Source of the DNA: a virus
Virus record (IMG/VR): IMGVR_UViG_3300032132_000754
Span: 72,117 to 136,116 of that record
Length of the DNA: 64,000 bases
Direction: 5' to 3' (one strand)
Shown: in pieces, positions 55,963 through 64,000 of the stretch
Layout of the letters: every line of letters starts with the position of its first letter
How positions within the stretch are numbered: the stretch's first letter is position 1
Program-made: the position numbers and the translations under genes
Notes under the pieces: generated by a model
The model's database searches: none
The model's input: the letters and a program-made list of their open reading frames with translations, nothing else
What the model was told of the DNA's origin: nothing

Positions 55963-58206
55963 TTACCAGTTTATTGACAATCCTGACCCTGTGCCTACAA
56001 TTTCCGTAGCCGCCGCATCAGCATACGTAATTTCGACAATGATTTGAAAATCAGATCCCGCATCAGTACCAATAGCGCCGAGACTAAATTCAATAGCACC
56101 ATTAATACTAGGACTATTAACACCAGAATTGATCCGACAACCTTCACCATCAGCGCCACCAATCAGAGGAGCACCTGTAGGGAAAGTGCCAGCACTAAAA
56201 GCAATTAAAGCGTCTAACCACACCGTCTTTCCAGGAACCTTAAGGCGAATAGAAACATCACCCGGACCCAAATCAGCGTCAGCAAGACCAGGCAAAGTAA
56301 TAATTCCATTAGTTTGTGATCCAGTCCCAGATCTGAAAACTCGATAATAAGTCCTGTTACCAGGGCTCAAACCAGAATAATCCGGGTTTGGCTGTGGTTC
56401 AAAAGCAGACGTATAATCTGTTTGAGGATAAGCTAAACGATTAGATGGAACGACTTCGGCGCGATATACCTGAAGACTGCCCCCAGCTGCCGTGCCAGTA
56501 AGGTCATCGGCAGAATTCCAAAGGCTAGGATTTAACGCACCAGGGAGAGCTGTTCCGGCGATCGGAGTGTCGAAATCGGTTGAATCAGGTAGACGATAAC
56601 GTTCGTCCACGAATCTATCTAATGTATCTGTGCTATTTGGGCTTACACTCATAATGGCGAAATTACCGCTTGCAGTTGCTAAAGTATAGTTACCATATGG
56701 ATCTCGTGGAGTAATATCAGCATCTGGTTGGAAAATTTGTACCCCACCGCCTGCCGCAACACTAAACGCAGTTACGGCCATCGTTTCACCACGATCTGGT
56801 GGAGTCGAAACACCAGCGACTGCTGGGTCTGTAATTGCGATTCCAGTTGTTGCATCTCCAAAATCGGAAACATCTAAAACATCAGGTATGTTAGTCTGGT
56901 GATAAACATTGTTAAATGGGCGTAGCAATGAAAAATCTAGATCGAACGTCGATCCGGCGTCGTAGTAGGTAATACCGCTTAATTGTTTTGTTACTGGAGT
57001 GTTTTCGACAATGGTTTGCCCAGAAACTGCAGGGTTTGTTGGAACCGTAGGCAGGTCGGCATCATAAAACCATTCCAACAAGTTACTAGTATTAGTAATA
57101 CCGGTAACGTGACGCAGTTGTGCTGAATTGTATCCGTCTACCATCCCAGCAGTGTTTAGAGTGATCCTAGACATGCCTTGTTGGAAAATATCGATTGAAA
57201 CGACACCTGACGGCGCGACAGTTAGAATTTCCAGGGTACCGCCTACAAAAGTGACGACTCCGGAAACCATAGGATCACCAGCGCCCGTAGTGTTATAATC
57301 AGCGGCTACGTTTTGTCCGGCTACACGGTTTAGTTCTACGAAGTTGGCAGCCAAGTCTAATGTGGCTACGTCAACACCGTTAATAGCTAGGATTAAAACT
57401 CCTAAACTTGCAGAACCAAATTGAGCTGCATTAGTGTTGAAGATATAAGATGTGTTTTGTGTGATGTTGTTATATAGGTCGCCTGCGACGGTAGCTGGTG
57501 GATAAACTGCAGCGTTCTGTGAAAGACGGCCAGCGACGAGGGCTGGGAGGCCAGCGATGAGGCTCAAAGCGGGTGGTGGGGCTCCCGCACCTATATACAC
57601 TACTCCAGGTGCTACTTCGGTAGCTACGTGGTCTTGTCCGACCCCTGAATCAGAAATGAATCTAAGCTCTGTGACTTCCGTAGCGATCTGTTCGTTGCCG
57701 CCACCTGGAGTATCAGACGCGACAGTGATGCTAGTTAATTCTGGGCTCCATTCGCCGCTACGGAAGACAAGTCCTTGCCCGTCCACGGCTCCAGTAGTAT
57801 CGACATCTAATAGATCGCCAAGATTGGCGGCTACTGCGGCAGGACCCCAAATGGTGCCATCGAAAGTAAGAACATCTCCAGCGTCTGGAGTTTGTGTACC
57901 GTCTGTATCGACATCTGTTAATGCGTTGAGGGTTAGGTCTCCAGGTACCCAATCTGGCCCTGAGAATTGTAGAACTTGTCCAATGGATGGAGCTGGAGCT
58001 ACGACATCTCCTAAGTCATTGAGATCATTGTTGGTCTCAATGATTGTTAAACGTTCTTCTACTGACCCGCCTGTGAAGTCGTAATTGCCAATTGCGTCCG
58101 TTAGACACTCAAGTTGGGTTTCCTGCTTGTTGTGGTCCGCTGCAGGGATGACTTCGCCATTTTCGCGAATAGTCTTAGAATATGGGAATTGTAGATTGCT
58201 GGCCAT
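55963..58206 (-). CDS. putative virion structural/fibre protein
   Basis: Three L.DL.DV...GQ.L.F.G..W.P repeats, then a T/G/S-rich beta region. Confidence 0.75.
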   Translation of the reverse strand: MASNLQFPYSKTIRENGEVIPAADHNKQETQLECLTDAIGNYDFTGGSVEERLTIIETNNDLNDLGDVVAPAPSIGQVLQFSGPDWVPGDLTLNALTDVDTDGTQTPDAGDVLTFDGTIWGPAAVAANLGDLLDVDTTGAVDGQGLVFRSGEWSPELTSITVASDTPGGGNEQIATEVTELRFISDSGVGQDHVATEVAPGVVYIGAGAPPPALSLIAGLPALVAGRLSQNAAVYPPATVAGDLYNNITQNTSYIFNTNAAQFGSASLGVLILAINGVDVATLDLAANFVELNRVAGQNVAADYNTTGAGDPMVSGVVTFVGGTLEILTVAPSGVVSIDIFQQGMSRITLNTAGMVDGYNSAQLRHVTGITNTSNLLEWFYDADLPTVPTNPAVSGQTIVENTPVTKQLSGITYYDAGSTFDLDFSLLRPFNNVYHQTNIPDVLDVSDFGDATTGIAITDPAVAGVSTPPDRGETMAVTAFSVAAGGGVQIFQPDADITPRDPYGNYTLATASGNFAIMSVSPNSTDTLDRFVDERYRLPDSTDFDTPIAGTALPGALNPSLWNSADDLTGTAAGGSLQVYRAEVVPSNRLAYPQTDYTSAFEPQPNPDYSGLSPGNRTYYRVFRSGTGSQTNGIITLPGLADADLGPGDVSIRLKVPGKTVWLDALIAFSAGTFPTGAPLIGGADGEGCRINSGVNSPSINGAIEFSLGAIGTDAGSDFQIIVEITYADAAATEIVGTGSGLSINW

Positions 58207-58226
58207 TTATACTACCCGTTTTATAT

Positions 58227-58370
58227 TTAACCAGCATTCTGTTCAGCTAAAGTTTCCCCTTTATAGAACGAATCAGGACGAAAGGCGAGCGGTACTGACT
58301 CTACAGGCTCATCTATAGCTGTGCCAAATTTAGTTGTTATAAATTTAGGTTGAACGGTTTGGGTGCCCAT
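58227..58370 (-). CDS. possible 47-aa protein (not in ORF track)
   Basis: MGTQTVQPKFITTKFGTAIDEPVESVPLAFRPDSFYKGETLAEQNAG* fills the gap. Confidence 0.35.
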   Translation of the reverse strand: MGTQTVQPKFITTKFGTAIDEPVESVPLAFRPDSFYKGETLAEQNAG

Positions 58371-59128
58371 GTGCCATCTCGCATTTCGGTTAATGTTTTA
58401 ATTCGATTGGCACATCCTTCGATCATTATCTCTAGTTGTGCAGAAATAGCTTCATTATCAGTGCTTTCCATAGCATCTAGATAACCTCTTACCGCTTCCT
58501 TTTCAAGTTCGATGCAATCATCGACTTTTTGCGGTAGTTCTTCTGTGTCGTTGGCCTCTGATTCAACACCATTTCGTGTGAATAAGATATCTGGCTCTTT
58601 AAAGCTTAAGTCCATCATCTCTTGAATAGAACTGTCAAGCCTATTTTGGAACGTTCCTTCCTCGAAGGTATCGTTTTCTTTCTTCTTTTTCTTTTTCTTT
58701 TTCTTCTTACCACCCTCGCCGTCACCTTCATAGGTAAAAGCAGTCTTGTTACGTCTAAAAGAACTAGGGTGTTGGGACTGGGATCTGGCCAACTTATTGG
58801 TTGGGCCTTTAAATTGGTCTTCTTGCATTTCTTCCTCTTCTTGGATGGACAAAATAGTAAACTTGAACAAAGGATTATAAGTAGAGACGTTAAAATCATT
58901 CTCTTTTAAATCATTATAATTTACTGAGCTACCGTTATAGCTTAATTCGACTTGTCTATCCTTTACAAAGTTGCTCATATGGCGCAAAGTGTTTACAATG
59001 TCTTTGCTATCTAAAAGTCGATATCCTTGTACGTTGTAATAATCTGCATCGATACTGTAATCAATATTATTGATACGACAATGCTGGTCAAATTCGTCAT
59101 AGACTTCTTTTAACCGATCATGAATCAT
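58337..59128 (-). CDS. hypothetical protein with poly-Lys tract and C-terminal ferritin-like helices
   Basis: KKKKKKKKKK; IELEKEAVRGY...LEIMIE...RIKTL. Confidence 0.6.
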   Translation of the reverse strand: MIHDRLKEVYDEFDQHCRINNIDYSIDADYYNVQGYRLLDSKDIVNTLRHMSNFVKDRQVELSYNGSSVNYNDLKENDFNVSTYNPLFKFTILSIQEEEEMQEDQFKGPTNKLARSQSQHPSSFRRNKTAFTYEGDGEGGKKKKKKKKKKENDTFEEGTFQNRLDSSIQEMMDLSFKEPDILFTRNGVESEANDTEELPQKVDDCIELEKEAVRGYLDAMESTDNEAISAQLEIMIEGCANRIKTLTEMRDGTWAPKPFNLNL

Positions 59129-59556
59129 CTTAAAGACTTATACCTACTAAAATATTTTACCATAGCGTCAACTAAAGGATCGACTTGATTGCTAAGATTT
59201 AGAGCGTGACCATTATTTCGCATGAAACGGCGTCCGTGTTGGTTGCCGTCGAAGACCCACATAGCTTTTTCTAAATCTGGTTTGCAACTCAAGTTCGTTG
59301 AACGATAACCAGCCGACATTCTACCATCACCAAGATTAACCATTAACTGAGGCAAGCGCTTACGCAGACCTTTAGCTAATTCAATGTTATACTCTTCAGT
59401 TGCATGACGAACATGCATCTCAAGTTCAGTGACTCGATCTTTAGCGTCTTGAAGCTCTTTGGAAAGTTCGATAATTAGATCGTACTTTCCTTTAGCATCG
59501 CCAGGACCATTGAAACTATCAAGTTGCTCGTTTAAAGCATCGCCAAATTCTTTCAT
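59125..59556 (-). CDS. hypothetical protein
   Basis: 143 aa; TAATG overlap. Confidence 0.6.
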   Translation of the reverse strand: MKEFGDALNEQLDSFNGPGDAKGKYDLIIELSKELQDAKDRVTELEMHVRHATEEYNIELAKGLRKRLPQLMVNLGDGRMSAGYRSTNLSCKPDLEKAMWVFDGNQHGRRFMRNNGHALNLSNQVDPLVDAMVKYFSRYKSLR

Positions 59557-62423
59557 TATGTTCCTACCGCGTTAAGCTGGAGCTGTCCATAGACGAACTC
59601 ATTGAAGGTTATTAATTGATCGCGGACTTCAACGTCTCTAAGGATCGCCCCAGGCCATAGACGGAATCCAACCTTGCCAACCTCAGTTAGAGGAGCGACA
59701 GGGAAATATGGGGTCGTGATTGTCTGAGGGCTCGGAAGGGCAGCCGAAAGTTGAGCATCAGGTGGTACTAACAACTTGTTCCACCATACCCAAAGTTGAC
59801 CGTCTCGATACATGATCTCAAGTTCGTTCCATTGTTCTGTTTCCCCTTCAAGAGGAACAGGTAGGAAACCACCATCGACAACCTTAAACCCAAGCGGATC
59901 AACAGTCGGTGTTTCATTACCAGCAACGATGAACCCGCTCTGAGTCATGATTCGACTAACGGCCTTAGTACCAGGTAGGAAATCGCGGACGAAATCGTCT
60001 GAGAAATCATTTTCGATGTTTAACCCATACGGAGTTGACATGTCTAGGATGCCAGCTGAAGCCTGAAATTGGATCGCTTCGGCCCCAGTGTTATCATTGA
60101 TTGAGAATTCTAGTCTCAATGCCGGTGCTGAGTAATCTTCGTGGATCACTTGAACAACAGTAGTCTCAGCAGGACTAGTAGTAGCAGCTGCGTTTTCCAG
60201 CTCTGTCAAGTTAGTAGCATCAGGACCAGTAAGATCAGTAGCTCCAGTACCTTGTAGTTCTGGAACGAAATCTTCATTCAATGGGAACGGGTCAGAAAAG
60301 CCAATTAGCATTACTGCACTATCGTCTAAGCGATCGAAAGCTGCTTTATATTGATAGCCCCAAGTTTGGTTTCTCCACTTGCCATTCATGATACGAAGCA
60401 TGCCAGATGGAGGAAGTTGTTTCCATCCAATGCCAGCACCCTTTAGAACAACGAATGAGTTACCTTGGAAGGCTCCAGTCTCAATTGTTCCACGACGCAC
60501 AACCTTCAAATAGATGTCATCAAGACTATCGATCGGAGCACGTAGCAAAATGTCCAATGGAGGGAAACGACTTGCGTCCGGGCGGCCTACGAGAGCTTTA
60601 ATGTAGACGTTACGGTGATTTACTCGGTGCCAGAGGAAGACAGGACGTTCCTGGTCCGACATTGGCGGAGTTTCACTGACGATAAGCCCAGGAATTGATG
60701 GGTCTACATCAGCGACATATTGGTTATTGATTGCGATGCCTGATGGCTCGTCTGTAGTATCCTTAATGAAGACATCGAAAGTATCAGTTACCGCTAAATC
60801 TGCGACTCGCCCATCTGGGTCGAATAGGGTGATTTGGCTAGCGCTATTCTCAACTACTCTGAATTCTACATCGATCAATAAGCCGCTGCGGAATACAAGC
60901 ACTCTATCGACCAGCTCGTTAACTCCAAAAGTGGCTCCGCCAAGAGCGGCTGTTGCTACGATTTTGAAATTCGGAGTGGGGTTGTTGAAATCGGAAGCAG
61001 GGTCGATCGCCTGGACCGAATCAGACAGTATGATTTGTACGTCTGTGCCAGCGGCAACCTCACCATCGTCAGCAAGATATAAACGATCTTCGAATCCAGT
61101 AATACCCCACTGGGTACGCTCAAATAGACGGATATCGCTAACTGAAGACTTGGCTGAAGTCAATTCGGTGGGAACGACCCCAGGAACTTCATCGCGAGCA
61201 TGTAACAAGTCACCAAATCTGATACTGCCAGTAGCGGCCCACAGAGTGCCAGGATTTAACTTAGGCTCTTTGCTAAAGTAACGACGGACTTGGCGAGCAC
61301 CATTAATTGTTCCAATCTGGAATTCCCAAATTTGTACTAATTGCCCGATTGGCAGAAGATTTCTAGTAGCGTCAAGGAGTAGAGTCCTAGGGGCTTGTAG
61401 ATCAGTTGGAAGGTTCTCAGGGTTTTCATAGCTCCACACATTAGTGGCTGTAAATTCGTCACCAATTGGAGCAGCGGTATCAACTGACCAAAATCTGAGA
61501 TTATAACGGTTGTCTGTAAGAACAGTGGATGTTAATCCAGTTACTACAGCCATTTGGCGGGTAAGAGTGTGGCCTTTATAAAGTAGAGAACCAAGTAGGT
61601 TAGGTTCCCTCTCGATATTCATATCAAAACGGATTTGGTTTCCGTCATTGTCCAAGCCCATAAACCAAACATTCTGAGGAATGCCGGTAGCACCAGGAGT
61701 GAAAGCCCAACCAATATTAGTGGTCTTGTTAGAATTACGAGCTAGAATGAGTTCAAATTCTGCTTGTCCTGGAGTGATAGTATCGTCGGCGCGTTTGAAA
61801 ATTAAAGCTGGATAACTACCTTTCTGGTTTAGAGCAGCGGTTGGAGAAGATGGGTTTACGATCGTGCTTTCTGGGAGCTGATAGACTTTAAGTTCTCCAT
61901 AAACGTTGACGTCCGGTATTTTACCGCCGCATGATGGCGGGCGAATTGCGGAAATGTCAGTTTCGTCTTGAATCCAGAAAATTTGGGCGCATTCCTCACA
62001 TCCACAGTTTAAGGGGATGGGGGCGTCTACGGTAAACCGTACTACGTTTCCAATTCTTTCAATGCTTAGAAATTCACTGCCAGAAGCTAGGATGACATCA
62101 CCTTGTAGATAACCGCCATCATCTGGGAATCCAGCCCCAGCGAAACCAAGAATGCCTAGTCTCAATTGAGTTATGGCGTCTAATTTGGCCTTATCATCGG
62201 CGGACATGTGACCTTGAGTGTCCGTGGTGGCGATGGGTACTGGATCTTCTGCGACGTGGGATACGCCGTGAAATGGTGGGATGATGATGTCTGACTCTTT
62301 TGCATACAGTGTACGAGTCTGAGCGTCATATCGATAGCTTATAGTAAGGCCGTCAGGACCAGCGAGGTTTACAAACTGCTGATCTACTAACGTTGTGCTT
62401 GGTGGGATTTTCGAATTTGCCAC
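59556..62423 (-). CDS. large putative virion structural protein
   Basis: 955 aa with ATTDTQGHMSADDKAKLD (a fibre-type motif). The N-terminus resembles that of the 2281-aa protein. GGAG SD and TCAAAGATAA upstream. Confidence 0.72.
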   Translation of the reverse strand: MANSKIPPSTTLVDQQFVNLAGPDGLTISYRYDAQTRTLYAKESDIIIPPFHGVSHVAEDPVPIATTDTQGHMSADDKAKLDAITQLRLGILGFAGAGFPDDGGYLQGDVILASGSEFLSIERIGNVVRFTVDAPIPLNCGCEECAQIFWIQDETDISAIRPPSCGGKIPDVNVYGELKVYQLPESTIVNPSSPTAALNQKGSYPALIFKRADDTITPGQAEFELILARNSNKTTNIGWAFTPGATGIPQNVWFMGLDNDGNQIRFDMNIEREPNLLGSLLYKGHTLTRQMAVVTGLTSTVLTDNRYNLRFWSVDTAAPIGDEFTATNVWSYENPENLPTDLQAPRTLLLDATRNLLPIGQLVQIWEFQIGTINGARQVRRYFSKEPKLNPGTLWAATGSIRFGDLLHARDEVPGVVPTELTSAKSSVSDIRLFERTQWGITGFEDRLYLADDGEVAAGTDVQIILSDSVQAIDPASDFNNPTPNFKIVATAALGGATFGVNELVDRVLVFRSGLLIDVEFRVVENSASQITLFDPDGRVADLAVTDTFDVFIKDTTDEPSGIAINNQYVADVDPSIPGLIVSETPPMSDQERPVFLWHRVNHRNVYIKALVGRPDASRFPPLDILLRAPIDSLDDIYLKVVRRGTIETGAFQGNSFVVLKGAGIGWKQLPPSGMLRIMNGKWRNQTWGYQYKAAFDRLDDSAVMLIGFSDPFPLNEDFVPELQGTGATDLTGPDATNLTELENAAATTSPAETTVVQVIHEDYSAPALRLEFSINDNTGAEAIQFQASAGILDMSTPYGLNIENDFSDDFVRDFLPGTKAVSRIMTQSGFIVAGNETPTVDPLGFKVVDGGFLPVPLEGETEQWNELEIMYRDGQLWVWWNKLLVPPDAQLSAALPSPQTITTPYFPVAPLTEVGKVGFRLWPGAILRDVEVRDQLITFNEFVYGQLQLNAVGT

Positions 62424-62532
62424 AATAACTCCGCCGTATGTTTTGTCTATTTATCTTTGAGCCCTAAACATTATGGCATACCGTAGAAGAAGTAGCATAT
62501 CGTATATAAAACACAACAGCCAGGGGCCACAA

Positions 62533-63519
62533 ATGTCAGACATCAAAAGCATTCCAAAGATTGAATTGCATCAGCATACTGATGGATCAATACCTGTATC
62601 TACCACCTGGCAATTAATGGTAGAAAACAAGCTGGCACCTGTAGACACTATCGAAGAAATGGAAAAACTTCTAGTGGTTCAGCCAGAAGATGAAGGCAAG
62701 GGCCTATTAGAATATCTCAAGAAATTCCATTATCCGTTGTGGATCACACAATTCTATGATAATTTGGAAAAAGTCACCTACGATATCGCCGCAGACGCTT
62801 ATAACAATCATAATGTAAGACTGTTAGAATTGAGATATTCTCCAACGATCCATACGTTCGCGGGCTTGACCCCCAGACAAGCAGTTGGTTCAGTATTATC
62901 GGGATTGAATAATGCCAAAGAAGACTTCCCAGATTTAGAGACAGGCATGATCGTTATCGCGATGCGTCATATGGGTGGCCATATCGCTAAAATCCTAGCA
63001 CGGTTAGCTGTTTCTGAAAGTCAAGATTTGCATAGTCGATCTGGCGTTATCGGATTTGACATTGCTGGGGCCGAAAGGGGTAATCCACCACGTTTGTTTA
63101 AGGAAGCATACCGCATAGCTGCACAAGGCGGATTAGGACTTACAGCGCATGCTGGGGAAGATGATTCTTCTAAAGTGATCTGGGAAGCGATCGACGAATT
63201 AGGTTGTACCAGAATTGGTCATGGGTGTGCAGCGGTAGAAGATAAGGATTTATTGAGGCGACTTGCAAGAGACCAGATTCTAATGGAAATCTGCCAAACT
63301 TCTAACTGGCAAACAGGTGCTTGGCCAAAAGACAAGAAGCACCCATTATACACTTTCTTAGATTATGGCATCCCAATCGCCATTTGTACAGACAATACGA
63401 CAGTTAGTAATACAAACCAAACCGTGGAAAATGACTTACTGGATTTAACGGTGGAAGAAATCGAAAACATTCACTTCCGTGCGCAATCCCATTCATTTAT
63501 TAAAACTGCACATGAATAA
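62533..63519 (+). CDS. add: adenosine deaminase
   Basis: PKIELHQHTDGS, ELRYSP, GFDIAGAE, TAHAGE, RIGHG, EIC.TSN, ICTDN. Confidence 0.92.
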   Translation: MSDIKSIPKIELHQHTDGSIPVSTTWQLMVENKLAPVDTIEEMEKLLVVQPEDEGKGLLEYLKKFHYPLWITQFYDNLEKVTYDIAADAYNNHNVRLLELRYSPTIHTFAGLTPRQAVGSVLSGLNNAKEDFPDLETGMIVIAMRHMGGHIAKILARLAVSESQDLHSRSGVIGFDIAGAERGNPPRLFKEAYRIAAQGGLGLTAHAGEDDSSKVIWEAIDELGCTRIGHGCAAVEDKDLLRRLARDQILMEICQTSNWQTGAWPKDKKHPLYTFLDYGIPIAICTDNTTVSNTNQTVENDLLDLTVEEIENIHFRAQSHSFIKTAHE

Positions 63520-64000
63520 ACCAAGAAAACAAGAAGAAAAACTCAAAATCCAAATTCCTAAAAATGCTTCTAAGGAAGAAATCGAGGAATTTATCAGAGA
63601 GTTGCAAAACGCTAAAACACAAGCTCCTATCGTTGGAAAAACGAAAGAGATCATTATTACTGCAGAACATCAGGACAAAATGAGGGCTGCTTGTGCCTTT
63701 AATGCCGATCTTATGGATTATGTCAGACTTATGATGAATCCTGGTATGGTTTTAGAAGAAATCGATTCTAGAATTGATTATTTCACCAGAGAACACGGGC
63801 ATATCCCAGCTTGCAAAGGTTATTTAGGATATCCTAAATCTTCTTGCATTAGCGTTAACAATGTCATCTGTCATGGAATCCCAGATTCGTATGTCCTTAA
63901 AGAGGGTGATATCGCAAATGTGGATTTGACTACTATCGTAGACGGTTGGCATGGAGATCAGTCTGAGACTTTTATCATTGGTGAAGTACCAGATTATGTT
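63512..64000 (+). CDS. map: methionine aminopeptidase type I (3'-truncated; not in ORF track)
   Basis: Manual translation gives ...MRAACAFNADLMDY...HGHIPACKGYLGYPKSSCISVNNVICHGIPDSYVLKEGDIANVDLTTIVDGWHGDQSETF. Confidence 0.92.
   Translation, partial: MNKPRKQEEKLKIQIPKNASKEEIEEFIRELQNAKTQAPIVGKTKEIIITAEHQDKMRAACAFNADLMDYVRLMMNPGMVLEEIDSRIDYFTREHGHIPACKGYLGYPKSSCISVNNVICHGIPDSYVLKEGDIANVDLTTIVDGWHGDQSETFIIGEVPDYV

Noticed and set aside
58231-58336. Hammerhead-like ribozyme (GACGAAAG) in the gap
   Set aside because: No CTGATGA core or flanking stems. The gap is explained by a small minus-strand ORF.
1-64000. Stop-codon reassignment (TAG/TGA recoding seen in some huge phages)
   Set aside because: Code 11 gives near-complete coding density, and TAG/TGA terminate recognisable genes (e.g. 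nucS TAG, HNH and polA TGA).
1-64000. CRISPR array
   Set aside because: No repeat-spacer periodicity was seen. The repeats found are in-frame coding repeats (collagen, 57-bp unit at ~2030-2115, Ig domains).

Overview
Gene-dense, AT-leaning fragment of what reads as a jumbo/huge tailed-phage genome. It has no rRNA or ribosomal-protein genes, uses the standard code, and many genes overlap at TAATG/ATGA junctions. The + strand mostly carries DNA replication, repair and metabolic genes: a DinG/XPD-like helicase, a DnaE polymerase split into two separately promoted intein-free genes, RecA, a DnaB/gp41-like helicase, a compact family-A polymerase, UvsY-like and gp32-like proteins, a 5'-3' exonuclease, a resolvase, HNH, NucS, glycosyltransferases, adenosine deaminase and MetAP. 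The - strand mostly carries virion-type proteins: Ig-like/Big-1 repeats, collagen G-X-T repeats and Gly-rich proteins. It also carries two 2OG-Fe(II) oxygenases, a eukaryote-type IMPDH, IscA, a stand-alone PAS protein next to a holin-like gene, and two tRNA-Gly genes that together read all Gly codons. Two recurring promoter-like motifs are visible, GTATYTAA and WCAAANNTAW, often exactly 13 nt before an ATG, which suggests leaderless mRNAs. The most notable candidates are a ~750-nt hairpin-rich putative structured RNA at ~14.75-15.5 kb, the split DnaE, a collagen-fibre modification kit, a repeated Gly-rich + Zn-finger gene pair and the PAS/holin-like pair. All calls are by eye from motifs; no database searches were run.
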